Source: Candidatus Woesearchaeota archaeon (lineage in GTDB: Archaea > Nanobdellota > Nanobdellia > Woesearchaeales > WJKR01). Taken from it: a stretch of 42,149 bases of DNA. This document shows positions 1 to 9,284 of the stretch, in pieces. Positions within the stretch are counted from its first letter, which is position 1; every line of letters begins with the position of its first letter. The notes below the pieces were generated by a model, which saw only the letters and a list, made by a program, of their open reading frames with translations, made no database searches and was not told the DNA's origin. The stretch is taken from positions 1 to 42,149 of the forward strand of contig WJKR01000009.1 of NCBI GenBank assembly GCA_014729015.1, read 5' to 3'. A program made the position numbers and the translations under genes.

Positions 1-92
1 ACTTTGATTTGCGGGTGTACGGCCGCTCGAGACGCCGCCAAGCCACCGCCCGGATGAGTTTGGCCATACCGCCGAGAAACAAGCGGCCCTTT

Positions 93-920
93 TTAAACCT
101 TTTCCTGGGCCAAGAACGCGGCCCCCAACGACCCGGACCCGTCCCCGAGCTTGTTCCTGACCACCCTGCACGAGCCCCGCAACTCCGCGTTCAGCGCCTG
201 CAAAATAGGCGCGTTGGACACCCCGCCGCCGACCACGATGATCTCAGGGTCATACGCTCTGACGATGATGTCCAGCAACCAGGCCAAGGCGTCGACCGTC
301 TCCCGCACCGTCTTCGCAGCGACCAACGTCTTCTTGTCAAAGACACGTTCTACCTGCGACTGATCGCCGCCATGACGATAATATCGCCGGAGGATGCCCG
401 GACCGGCAGCGTAGTCCTCGACCTCCACGCCCTGGTACCGGACGTGCCCGATGTCACCGGCCCCGCCGCGTCCCTTGTACACCTTCCCGTCGATGACGAC
501 GCCCATACCGATGCCGGTGCCGATGATGAGCCCGATGACGTGCTCGCACCCCTCGCCGGCGCCTGCCCGCTGCTCCGCCAACGCGAAGCAGTTCGCATCG
601 TTCTCCACGACACAGGGATGCTTGACGTGCTTGCGCAACAACTCCTCCAACGGCTCCCCCTCAAAACCGGGCAGGTGCGGGCAGCTCCGCAACAACCCCG
701 CATCGTCGAGGTAGCCAGGGAAGCTGATGCCCACCTTCAACGCCCGCCTCCTGGTCAGCTTCGTGATGAGCGCCTCGATGCGCCCCAGCACGGCCTCGAC
801 GCCGTCAGAAGCAGCGGTAGGGATACGCCTGCGCTTATGCACCACGCCTTCCGCATCGATGAGCACGCCCTCTATCTTCGTACCACCGACATCGATGCCA
901 ACGCAGTACTCACCCCCCAT
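93..920 (-). CDS. ROK family sugar kinase (glucokinase-like)
   Basis: N-terminal GIDVGGTK ATP motif, ENDANCFALAE, GTGIGMG, GDIGH and PEIIVVGGGVS ROK signatures. Confidence 0.92.
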   Translation of the reverse strand: MGGEYCVGIDVGGTKIEGVLIDAEGVVHKRRRIPTAASDGVEAVLGRIEALITKLTRRRALKVGISFPGYLDDAGLLRSCPHLPGFEGEPLEELLRKHVKHPCVVENDANCFALAEQRAGAGEGCEHVIGLIIGTGIGMGVVIDGKVYKGRGGAGDIGHVRYQGVEVEDYAAGPGILRRYYRHGGDQSQVERVFDKKTLVAAKTVRETVDALAWLLDIIVRAYDPEIIVVGGGVSNAPILQALNAELRGSCRVVRNKLGDGSGSLGAAFLAQEKV

Positions 921-958
921 ACCAGCAGAAGAGAACCCCTCCTATATAAACTTGGCGT

Positions 959-2023
959 TCAGATCAGGAACGGCCCCATGTCCCGCTTGAACCGCTCGAT
1001 CAGCTTCACCGGCGTCGGGTCAGTCTCGTACCGCAACGCCAAGAAGTAGCTGGTCATGTCCCCGAGATGGATGGTCGTGAACATCTGCTTCAGCATGGTG
1101 CCTTTGACCGCTATTTCGGTCACAGCGACACCCTTGTGCTGCAACAACTCCTTAGTCAGCCCGATCCGCTTGATCACCCGGCGGTGCTCGCGATCAGTGG
1201 AAAGCATGACCGCATAGTACGACCCGATCCTGTTGGTGTACGCCAACATCTCATTATGGTTGAACTCCGGCAACGCGTGGCAGAACGCCGGCGCCTTCGC
1301 GTTCTCGTTCACCTGGGTCTTCCAACGATACGCCACGGGGTAGAACGAGTTGTCCGCGAGTATCAACGGAATCTTCTCATAGCACTTCGCCGAGAGCTCG
1401 ATAGCCTTCTCCCGGATGTCCTGCTGCTTGAGCGTGTCGACGAGCCCATTGACCTCCTGCTCATAGCTGCGGACGACGCCGGAGTTCTCCATCACGCGCA
1501 GAATGGGAAAGAACAAGTACGCGATGGCCATGCGCGGCTGCAACCCCTTCGGGAGCTTAATGATGGCGTGCTTGTTGAGCTTCGCCAACTCCTCCATCTT
1601 CCCCCCGCTAGACACGAGCAACGCCTGGCACCCCTTCCTGATACCAGTCTTGTACATGGACAACGTCTCCTCCGTGTTGCCGGAATAGGAGATGGCGATG
1701 AGCAGCGTGTTATCATCAATCCCGGTCGGCGTCTGGTAATTCTTGACCGTGTCCACCGCCACGGGACAGGTAGGCTCGGCCTCGAACAGCTCTTTCAACA
1801 AGTCCCCGGCGATGCCCGAGCCGCCCATGCCCGCAACCAAGACGCGTTGGAACGGCCGATCAGGCTTGATGCCGAGCCCGAGCTTGTACGCCTCCCTGAT
1901 ATGCTCGTGCATAGAACTGATAATCTTGTACGCGTCTTCCTTGTCATACCTGAAGTAATCATCAGGAAAGACCTTCCTCTTCTTCTTGGCGTCCTTCGTT
2001 TCTCTTCCCGATTTGTCACCCAC
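959..2023 (-). CDS. Bifunctional phosphoglucose/phosphomannose isomerase (SIS domains)
   Basis: GMGGSGIAGD, ISYSGNTEET, QPRMA, RWKTQVNENAK, PEFNHNE, DPTPV motifs; GTG start with GAGGTG upstream. Confidence 0.93.
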   Translation of the reverse strand: MGDKSGRETKDAKKKRKVFPDDYFRYDKEDAYKIISSMHEHIREAYKLGLGIKPDRPFQRVLVAGMGGSGIAGDLLKELFEAEPTCPVAVDTVKNYQTPTGIDDNTLLIAISYSGNTEETLSMYKTGIRKGCQALLVSSGGKMEELAKLNKHAIIKLPKGLQPRMAIAYLFFPILRVMENSGVVRSYEQEVNGLVDTLKQQDIREKAIELSAKCYEKIPLILADNSFYPVAYRWKTQVNENAKAPAFCHALPEFNHNEMLAYTNRIGSYYAVMLSTDREHRRVIKRIGLTKELLQHKGVAVTEIAVKGTMLKQMFTTIHLGDMTSYFLALRYETDPTPVKLIERFKRDMGPFLI

Positions 2024-2120
2024 GACGAGCCACCTCGTTGAGGAAAGAAGACTGGTTGCTTAAATAATTTATTCTTTCACCGCACATATTTAAAGGAACG
2101 CTTGTTCGCTCCCCCTGACC

Positions 2121-3374
2121 ATGGCGAACGTGTCCCTCCAAACCTATGGCTGCTCCCTGAACCAATCAGACTCAGAAGTCATGGCCGGCATCCTGGTAGC
2201 GCGCGGCCACGAACTCGTTCATGAAGAACGCGCGGACATCCTCGTCATCAACTCATGCACGGTCAAGAGCAACCCGGAACAACGGCTCTTCCACCAGCTA
2301 CGGACAAGGACCAAGCCGGTCGTCGTCGCCGGCTGCGCGCCCCAAGCAGACCCGCACAACGAGCACTTTGCCAACGTCAGCGTCATCTGCCCGAAAGCGC
2401 TGTCACGGATAGCCGACGCGGTCGAGCAAACGCTCCAAGGAAGAAAAGTCACCATCCTCGACGACGTGGACGGGGATAGGAACGCCTTGCCGTGCATTCC
2501 CTCCAGGAAACACGTCGCCATCATCCCGACCAACGCCGGCTGCCTGAACCATTGCAGCTATTGCAAGACCAAACACGCGCGCGGCCACCTGCAGAGCTAC
2601 CCGCCAGGAAGCATCGAGAAACAGTTCCGCGCAGCGGTGAACAACGGTGCGAAAGAAGTCTGGCTCACCAGCCAAGACACCGCGGCCTACGGCCTGGACA
2701 TCAACACCGACATCACCGCCTTGCTCGAGCGGCTGTTGCGCAAACCAGGCGACTACAGGATACGCCTCGGCATGGCCAACCCGCAACACCTCGCGCCCCG
2801 CATCGACAGGCTCATCAGCGTCCTGCGACACCCGAACATGTTCAAGTTCCTCCACCTACCCGTCCAATCAGGGTCAGACGACGTCCTCAAAAACATGCGG
2901 CGAGGGTACACCACCACGGCGTTCAAGGAGCTCGTCAGGCGCATCACCAGAGCGATCCCCAACATCACCATCGCCACGGACATCATTGTCGGCTTCCCCA
3001 CCGAGACGGAAGCGGACTTCCACGCCACGGAAGGACTCATCCACGAGCTCAAGATACCCATCATCAACCTCTCTAAGTTCTCCCCGCGGCCGGGCACTGC
3101 CGCAGCGAACATGAAACCCTTATCAACAAAGGTGGTCAAGCAGCGATCTACCCGCCTCAAAGCCCTATGCGTCCGCGTCGCCGCCCAGCACCGCCAACAA
3201 TATGTCGGCCGAGAGCTCTCCGTCCTCATCGACGAACACGGCAAGCACGACACCCTGATAGGCAAGGCGGACAACTACCTCCAAGTCATCCTTCCCCGCA
3301 CTGCAGGAACCATGGGCGACCGCGTCATCGTCACCCCCTCACGAGCAGGAATCTTCGACGTACGAGCAGTATAG
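2121..3374 (+). CDS. tRNA methylthiotransferase, MiaB-like radical SAM (archaeal MtaB/CDKAL1 type)
   Basis: UPF0004 N-terminus TYGCSLNQSDSE, NSCTVK, AGCAPQ; CLNHCSYC radical SAM motif; HLPVQSGSD; TDIIVGFPTET; C-terminal TRAM-like region. Confidence 0.92.
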   Translation: MANVSLQTYGCSLNQSDSEVMAGILVARGHELVHEERADILVINSCTVKSNPEQRLFHQLRTRTKPVVVAGCAPQADPHNEHFANVSVICPKALSRIADAVEQTLQGRKVTILDDVDGDRNALPCIPSRKHVAIIPTNAGCLNHCSYCKTKHARGHLQSYPPGSIEKQFRAAVNNGAKEVWLTSQDTAAYGLDINTDITALLERLLRKPGDYRIRLGMANPQHLAPRIDRLISVLRHPNMFKFLHLPVQSGSDDVLKNMRRGYTTTAFKELVRRITRAIPNITIATDIIVGFPTETEADFHATEGLIHELKIPIINLSKFSPRPGTAAANMKPLSTKVVKQRSTRLKALCVRVAAQHRQQYVGRELSVLIDEHGKHDTLIGKADNYLQVILPRTAGTMGDRVIVTPSRAGIFDVRAV

Positions 3375-3393
3375 CCTCCTTGCCACGCAAACC

Positions 3394-3407
3394 AAACCTT
3401 TTTAAAC
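3394..3407 (+). promoter_or_regulatory. Archaeal BRE/TATA promoter of the exosome-proteasome operon
   Basis: AAACCTTTTTAAAC upstream of Pop5; the identical 14-mer recurs at 31841-31854 upstream of the DUF4346 gene. Confidence 0.6.
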
Positions 3408-3523
3408 ACTTCTTGCTTCCCCCGACCGCAACAGAGACGAAAAGAGCGTGCGATCGGCGCAACACCATTTTCTCCCGAGAAGCATGTGTTGTGCGCGACG
3501 CGCAAAGAACGAGCAACAAGAAA

Positions 3524-3862
3524 ATGGCACGGCAAACCACGAAACCATTGCTGCCGACCCTCAAGGAAAAGAAGCGATACCTCACGTACCAGCTCCACGG
3601 CGAAGGACTCCCCGCCAACGCGGGAAGCCTCCTCATCCCCGAGCTCCGAAGCATTCTCGGCGTGTTCGACGCGGCGGCAGCAGGACTGCTCAACATCACG
3701 TACGACCAGCAGACAGGCAGAGGGGTCATCCGGACCACGCTCGCAAAGGCACGCCAAGCACGCGCCGCCATGCTGCTCACCACGAGCCTCAGCAAGCACC
3801 GCGTCATGATACACCCGATCACCACGTCAGGCATACTCAACAAGGCGAAACAAGCAATGTGA
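3524..3862 (+). CDS. rnp2: RNase P protein component Rpp14/Pop5
   Basis: LLPTLKEKKRYL N-terminus and TSGILNKAK C-terminus; position before psmA; start reassigned to ATG 3524 within ORF 3167..3862. Confidence 0.88.
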   Translation: MARQTTKPLLPTLKEKKRYLTYQLHGEGLPANAGSLLIPELRSILGVFDAAAAGLLNITYDQQTGRGVIRTTLAKARQARAAMLLTTSLSKHRVMIHPITTSGILNKAKQAM

Positions 3863-3875
3863 GGGGAATAACCAA

Positions 3876-4592
3876 ATGCAACCACTACAACACCAAATGA
3901 TGGGGTACGACCGCGCCATCACTATGTTCAGCCCGGACGGACGGCTCCTCCAAGTGGAATACGCGAAGAAGACCGTCAGGCTAGGCAACACCGCGATAGG
4001 CATGGTCTGCGCCGACGGCGTCTTGCTCGTGACCGACAAGCGCATCATCGACAAGCTCGTCGTGCCGGAAGCCATCGAAAAAGTCTTCCAGGTCGACGAC
4101 CACGTCATGGCCACCGCGGCGGGCATCATCTCAGATGCGCGCGTGCTCATCGAACGAAGCCAGGTCAAAGCGCAGCAGCACAAGGTCACGTACAACGCGC
4201 CCATCGACGTGCTGAGCGTCGTCAAGGACGTGTGCAACCTCAAGCAGCTGACCACGCAGAGCGGCGGCTTCCGACCGTTCGGCGTCTCACTCCTCATCGC
4301 TGGCAAGGACGAGGAAGGTCTCAAGCTCTTCGAGACCGATCCGACCGGCATCTTCTACCAGTACAAGGCGACAGCGATTGGCGAGGGAGAGCAGGACGTG
4401 GAAGAAGTCCTGCACAAGGAATACAAGGACGCCATGACCATCGACGACGGCCTCAAGCTCGCCGTCAAAGCATTGAAGAAGGTCCTGAACGACGGCTTCA
4501 ACGCGGAAAGGATAGAGGCGGCGGTCATCCGTGACAAGGACGGCAAGATGGAGAAGCTCGGGAAAGCGAGGATTGCCAAGTACCTCAAATAA
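3876..4592 (+). CDS. psmA: Proteasome subunit alpha
   Basis: GYDRAITMFSPDGRLLQVEYA signature, RPFGVSLL, FETDPTG. Confidence 0.98.
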   Translation: MQPLQHQMMGYDRAITMFSPDGRLLQVEYAKKTVRLGNTAIGMVCADGVLLVTDKRIIDKLVVPEAIEKVFQVDDHVMATAAGIISDARVLIERSQVKAQQHKVTYNAPIDVLSVVKDVCNLKQLTTQSGGFRPFGVSLLIAGKDEEGLKLFETDPTGIFYQYKATAIGEGEQDVEEVLHKEYKDAMTIDDGLKLAVKALKKVLNDGFNAERIEAAVIRDKDGKMEKLGKARIAKYLK

Positions 4593-4594
4593 CG

Positions 4595-5311
4595 ATGAGA
4601 CCGACCAAGACCTTTGACCAGGAACGAGCACAGTTCAACCTCGCCCGGTTGAGAAGAGCGGGCGGCAACTACGAGGTCGTCATCGACCCGGACAAGGCCA
4701 TCGCGTACCGCGAAGGGCGGTCGGTCGACCTCGACGAGGTGCTGCAAGCCCAGCAAGTGTTCTTCGACGCGAAGAAAGGGGAGCACGCTTCCGAGGACCG
4801 GATGCAAGAGGTGTTCGGCACCGTTGAGCCGCTCGTCGTGGCAAAGACCATCCTCGAGAAGGGAGAGATACAGCTGACCGCGGAGCACCGAGCGAAAGTG
4901 CGCGAGGAGAAGCTGAAACGGGTCGTCCAACTCATCGCGAAGAACGCGTGCGACCCGAAGAGCAAGCTACCGCACCCCCCGACACGCATCAGGAACGCGA
5001 TGGACGAAGCCAAGGTGCGCATCGACGAGTTCAAGAAACCAGAGGACCAGGTTAACGATATCATCAAGGCGTTGCGGCCGATACTCCCGATTAGCGTGGA
5101 GTCACGACGGGTCGCCGTGCACGTCCCCGCGACGCACGCAGGAAGGATGTACGGCGCGCTGCAATCATTCGGCACCATCACGCAAGAAGCGTGGCAGAAC
5201 GACGGTTCCTGGAAAGGGACCTTGGAGCTGCCAGCAGGCATGGTGCAGGAACTCATCGATAAGGTCAACAGCATGACCCACGGCGCCGCAACGATTGACA
5301 TGGTCAAGTAA
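4595..5311 (+). CDS. Ribosome maturation factor SBDS/Sdo1
   Basis: FFDAKKG, ILEKGEIQLT, DPKSKLPHPPTRIRNAMDEA; canonical operon position. Confidence 0.95.
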   Translation: MRPTKTFDQERAQFNLARLRRAGGNYEVVIDPDKAIAYREGRSVDLDEVLQAQQVFFDAKKGEHASEDRMQEVFGTVEPLVVAKTILEKGEIQLTAEHRAKVREEKLKRVVQLIAKNACDPKSKLPHPPTRIRNAMDEAKVRIDEFKKPEDQVNDIIKALRPILPISVESRRVAVHVPATHAGRMYGALQSFGTITQEAWQNDGSWKGTLELPAGMVQELIDKVNSMTHGAATIDMVK

Positions 5312-5333
5312 ACAACTACAGGTGAAAACAACT

Positions 5334-6167
5334 ATGGATTTACGAGTACAAGACAAAGAAGTCGTCGTCCCGGGACAGGTCGTCGCGACCGGCATGGAAT
5401 ACCTGCCGGCGGACGGCGCCTACCGATTGGATGACGAGATAAGGGCCAACAGACTAGGCCTGATCAAAATCGAAGGAAAAGTCATCAAGAGCATTCCTTT
5501 GACCGGCGTGTACCTGCCGCAAAAGAACGACGTAGTCGTCGGCCGCGTCATCGACATACTGATGAGCGGCTGGCGGCTGGACATCAACAGCCCGTACAGC
5601 GCCGTGCTCCCGATCAAGGACGCGACGTTCGACTTCATCGCGAAAGGCGCAGACCTGACCAAGTACTTCGACCTCGACGATTACGTTGTGGCGAAGATCA
5701 TACAGGTCACCAGCCAGAACCTGGTGGACGTGACGTGCAAAGGGCAAGGGCTCCACAAGCTCGACGGCGGACGCATCCTCAAGGTCGGGCCGCACAAGGT
5801 CCCGAGGATCATCGGCACCAAGGGCAGCATGATCACCATGGTCAAGAAGGCCACGAACTGCAGGGTTATCGTCGGCCAGAACGGCCGTATATGGCTCTCT
5901 GGCGAGCCCGACAAGGAGCACGTCGCGGTCAAGGCGATCAAGATGATCGAGGACCTGGCGCACACCGTCGGACTGACCGAGCAGGTGAAGTCATTCCTCG
6001 CAGAGCAGACCGGCTTGTCGGCCGACGCGCTGACGGTCAAGGAAGAGGACCTCGTCGCTGAGAGGCCGAAGGACGAGCAACGACATCGACGACCGCCCCG
6101 CAGGAGCGGCGGCACCCGTGACGGCCCCCGAAGGAGGCCGTACGGTGAGAGACGACAACGAAGGTGA
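5334..6167 (+). CDS. rrp4: Exosome RNA-binding cap protein Rrp4
   Basis: VVVPGQ, S1 domain (YLPQKNDVVVGRV), KH domain (KVPRIIGTKGSM, VGQNGRIW); start ATG 5334 with GGTGA RBS. Confidence 0.95.
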   Translation: MDLRVQDKEVVVPGQVVATGMEYLPADGAYRLDDEIRANRLGLIKIEGKVIKSIPLTGVYLPQKNDVVVGRVIDILMSGWRLDINSPYSAVLPIKDATFDFIAKGADLTKYFDLDDYVVAKIIQVTSQNLVDVTCKGQGLHKLDGGRILKVGPHKVPRIIGTKGSMITMVKKATNCRVIVGQNGRIWLSGEPDKEHVAVKAIKMIEDLAHTVGLTEQVKSFLAEQTGLSADALTVKEEDLVAERPKDEQRHRRPPRRSGGTRDGPRRRPYGERRQRR

Positions 6168-6168
6168 G

Positions 6169-6897
6169 ATGAGTATGGCATATGAGAAAAGAATCAGTGG
6201 ACGAGCATTAGACGAGCCGCGCAAGATCACCGCGAATGCGGGCGTGATCAAGAAAGCCGACGGCTCGGGCTATTTCAAGATCGGCGAGACCGCTGCGTAC
6301 GCGGCGGTGTACGGCCCTCGTGAGTGCCACCCCGCGTTCATGAGGAATCCGAAGATGGGCATCTTGCGATGCAATTACAGCATGATGCCGTTCTCCGGCG
6401 ACGGCGAACGCGTCAGGCCGGGGCCCTCCCGCAGGAGCAAGGAGATCAGTATGGTCACGAAGAACGCGTTGTTGCCGGTAGTCGACCTCAAGGAGTACCC
6501 GAACACGGTGGTCGACGTGTTCATCGAGTTGCCGGAGACCGACGCGGGGAGCAGGTGCGCAGGCATCTGCGCGGCGGCCATTGCCTTGGCGGATGCTGGC
6601 ATCACGATGCGGGACGTCGTGCCCGCGGTGAGCGTCGGTCAGGTCGACGGGACGATCGTCGTGGACCTCGACGGCGCGGAGGAGCACCTCGATGAGAACG
6701 CGGCTGCTGACATTCCCTTGGCCATGGTGCCGAGCACCGAGGAGATAACCTTGTTGCAGATGGACGGCATCGTCGAGCAGGACACGTTGTTCCGGGCGCT
6801 CGAGACGGTCAAGCCCGCGTTGCACAATATCGCGGAGGCGCAGCGCCGTGCGGTCAAGGAGTGCTACCAGCAACAGGCAGGGGGTGATGCGCAATGA
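6169..6897 (+). CDS. rrp41: Exosome phosphorolytic subunit Rrp41
   Basis: RNase PH fold: ADGSGY, AAVYGPRE, YSMMPFS, PGPSRRSKEIS, DAGSRCAGI. Confidence 0.95.
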   Translation: MSMAYEKRISGRALDEPRKITANAGVIKKADGSGYFKIGETAAYAAVYGPRECHPAFMRNPKMGILRCNYSMMPFSGDGERVRPGPSRRSKEISMVTKNALLPVVDLKEYPNTVVDVFIELPETDAGSRCAGICAAAIALADAGITMRDVVPAVSVGQVDGTIVVDLDGAEEHLDENAAADIPLAMVPSTEEITLLQMDGIVEQDTLFRALETVKPALHNIAEAQRRAVKECYQQQAGGDAQ

Positions 6898-7682
6898 ATC
6901 AGGAGCGAAAGAAGCACATCGTCCGTGCGTTGGCAGCGGGTGTCCGGCTGGACGGCCGGAAGCTTGACGAGTTCAGGCCCGTCGAGCTGAAGGTTGGCGT
7001 GTCCAGCACCGCTGAAGGTTCAGCCATGGTCAAGGCCGGTGACACAGAGGCCATCGCCGGCGTCAAGATGGGCTTGGGAACGCCGTACCCTGACACGCCG
7101 GACAGCGGCGTGTTGATGGTGAACGCGGAGTTGTTGCCGATATCGAACCCTGAGTTCGAGTCTGGTCCTCCCAGCATCGAGTCCATCGAGGTCGCCCGCG
7201 TCATCGATCGCGGCATCCGCGAGAGCCACTCGTTCGACACCAAGTCGTTGTGCGTGGAGAAGGGCGAGAAGGTCTGGATGGTGCAGTGCGACATCTTACC
7301 GCTCAATTTTGACGGTAACCTCATCGACCTCGGCGGCTTGGCAGTGCTCGCAGCGTTGCGCGACGCCCGCTTCCCAAAGGTTGACGAGGAGGGCGCTGTC
7401 GACTACCATGAGAAGACCGATAAGGGGTTGGCGTTGCAGCAGTTGCCTGTGCCGATCACGGTCGGCAAGATCGGCGAGCACCTCATCGTCGACCCGGCCC
7501 AAGAGGAGGAGCAGGCGTTGGACGCCCGTCTGACCATGACCATGCTCGCTGACGGCACGGTGTGCGCGTTGCAGAAAGGCGGACAGGCGCCGTTGACCAT
7601 CAGCGAGATTAAGGAGATGGTCAAGCTCGCCGATGCGAAGAGCAAGGAGCTCCGCAAGCAGCTGCTGGAGGTGGCCACATGA
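6894..7682 (+). CDS. rrp42: Exosome subunit Rrp42
   Basis: [46 protein letters not shown]. Confidence 0.95.
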   Translation: MNQERKKHIVRALAAGVRLDGRKLDEFRPVELKVGVSSTAEGSAMVKAGDTEAIAGVKMGLGTPYPDTPDSGVLMVNAELLPISNPEFESGPPSIESIEVARVIDRGIRESHSFDTKSLCVEKGEKVWMVQCDILPLNFDGNLIDLGGLAVLAALRDARFPKVDEEGAVDYHEKTDKGLALQQLPVPITVGKIGEHLIVDPAQEEEQALDARLTMTMLADGTVCALQKGGQAPLTISEIKEMVKLADAKSKELRKQLLEVAT

Positions 7683-7918
7683 GCGCGGCGAAAGCATCGC
7701 CTCAGGAAGACGAGTACACCAAGTATGAGCGTGCTCGTATCATCGGCAGCCGGGCGTTGCAGATCAGCATGGGTGCTCCGTTCTTGGTCAAGCTCTCGAA
7801 GAAGAAGCTCGAGGCGTTAGCGTACAACCCGGTCGAGATCGCGAAGCTCGAGTTCGAGAAGGGCGTCATCCCGATCACAGTCAAGCGGGTGCTGCCGCAC
7901 GAGCGGGAGAGCCATTAA
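7679..7918 (+). CDS. rpoK: DNA-directed RNA polymerase subunit K (Rpo6)
   Basis: [22 protein letters not shown] signature, IPITVKR. Confidence 0.95.
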   Translation: MSAAKASPQEDEYTKYERARIIGSRALQISMGAPFLVKLSKKKLEALAYNPVEIAKLEFEKGVIPITVKRVLPHERESH

Positions 7919-7920
7919 CC

Positions 7921-7931
7921 ATTTTTTTTTA
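7921..7931 (+). terminator. Oligo-T terminator of the exosome operon
   Basis: T9 run immediately after the rpoK stop at a convergent gene junction. Confidence 0.5.
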
Positions 7932-8453
7932 TCTTTTCCATTTGATGCTGCAGCCCAGCGGAGCAACCTTCTCTTTCTCCGGCTTTGCTCCTTTCAATGC
8001 CGCGTCGACCGCTTCGCGGACGTGCTCTTCGACGACGAGCTCTTCCTCTTTCCAGTTGTCGTCGATGGCGCCTTCGTACACGAGTTCTCGTTCCTTGTCG
8101 AACACGAATGTGTGCGGCGTGCACTCGGCGTTGTAGGCCTTGGCGACCTCTTGGGTGTGGTCGTGCAAGTAAGGAAACGCGAACTCCTTCGCTTCATGAG
8201 CTTTCTGCATGGCTTCGAAGCTGTCCTCTGGGTAGTGCTTGCTGTCGTTGCTGTTGATCATGACCACTTGCACTTTCCCTTTGTAGTCCGCTGCCAGCGC
8301 TTTGAGGCGGTCATCGTAGGCCTGCGCGTACGGGCAGTGGTTGCACGTGAACACGACGACCAGTACCGGGGCGTCGAAGAAGTCTTGCAGCTCGTACGTG
8401 TTGCCGTCGATGTTGGTCAGCGAGAAGTGGGGTGCTTTCGTTCCGATATCCAT
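7929..8453 (-). CDS. Thioredoxin-fold AhpC/TSA (redoxin) protein
   Basis: FTCNHCPY CxxC, INSND, YPEDSFEAM, FPYLHD, TPHTFVFD, GCSIKW. Confidence 0.9.
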   Translation of the reverse strand: MDIGTKAPHFSLTNIDGNTYELQDFFDAPVLVVVFTCNHCPYAQAYDDRLKALAADYKGKVQVVMINSNDSKHYPEDSFEAMQKAHEAKEFAFPYLHDHTQEVAKAYNAECTPHTFVFDKERELVYEGAIDDNWKEEELVVEEHVREAVDAALKGAKPEKEKVAPLGCSIKWKR

Positions 8454-8455
8454 GG

Positions 8456-9094
8456 CTAGCTCACCTTGTTGTACGTGATGATGTTGCCCCGCCCCTTTTT
8501 TATCTTTTTGATTTTGTTGCTCGCTTCGAGGCTGCTGAGGGCCAGGCTGATGGTCGCTTCTGCGTACGGGAATGCTTTCCTGATGTCCTTTTGCGTGGTC
8601 CGCTTGTGCTGTCTGATGAATCGTAGCAGCTTGGCTTCGAGGTCTCCCTCGTCGGCCGGCTGCTTCTTCCTGAGTTTGAGCGCGCCGAGGATAATGATGG
8701 TGATGCCGACGATGATGAGGATGACGTAGCGGGCGGTGTTGTCCTGTTCTGGTTCCAGCAGGTTGTCGAGTTCCGGCGCTTCGAACTCTTCTAATTGCTG
8801 GAACAGTATGAGGTCGTACGTGAATTCCCCTGTCTCGGGCACGGTGATGCTCGCTTGCGCCTGCTCCTCCAATCCTTGCGCTGACGTCTTGCTGACGCTA
8901 AGCAGGTACGAGCCGGCAGGTACTCGCAACGTGTACGTGCCGTCGGTGGCGACGACAGTCTGCGGCGGGAGGGTGTCGATCTGGACGACCGCTCCTGGCA
9001 CTGGTTGTAAGCTGTAATCGTAGACGGTGCCTGTGAGCGTGGCGGCGCTGCTGAGAGGGATGAGCAGCAAGACGAGGAGCGGCCAGTGTCTCAT
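8456..9094 (-). CDS. Membrane-anchored protein: signal peptide, carboxypeptidase-regulatory-like beta domain, TM helix, C-terminal winged HTH
   Basis: Hydrophobic N-terminus; TLTGTVYD...DGTYTLRVPAGSY; TM YVILIIVGITIIILGAL; TTQKDIRKAFPYAEATISLALSSLE...KIKKGRGNII wHTH. Confidence 0.8.
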   Translation of the reverse strand: MRHWPLLVLLLIPLSSAATLTGTVYDYSLQPVPGAVVQIDTLPPQTVVATDGTYTLRVPAGSYLLSVSKTSAQGLEEQAQASITVPETGEFTYDLILFQQLEEFEAPELDNLLEPEQDNTARYVILIIVGITIIILGALKLRKKQPADEGDLEAKLLRFIRQHKRTTQKDIRKAFPYAEATISLALSSLEASNKIKKIKKGRGNIITYNKVS

Positions 9095-9284
9095 GGGATT
9101 GCTAGCGGGCGGCGGTTTAAAAAATTATGGTTCTGGGCAGGAAAGCTTCGTAAAGTTTCAGCAGCTATAATTCGGGTGTTTCAGCAGTTCTTGACGGCTG
9201 TTCTTTCGTTCTGCCTCAAGCATGCTTATAAGGAAACAGTGATACTTTGTTCTTCATGACAATCCTGAAAGGGAGGTATGAACA

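Noticed and set aside
1..92. GC-rich, possibly structured sequence at the window start (RNA gene end?)
   Set aside because: No recognisable rRNA, SRP or RNase P motif in the visible part; truncated by the window edge
9..2041. Long + strand ORFs 9..1049 and 1067..2041
   Set aside because: Antisense shadows of the ROK kinase and PGI/PMI genes, expected in GC-rich DNA; no motifs
3167..3523. N-terminal extension of the Pop5 ORF
   Set aside because: Overlaps the methylthiotransferase gene and the promoter; Pop5 similarity begins at ATG 3524
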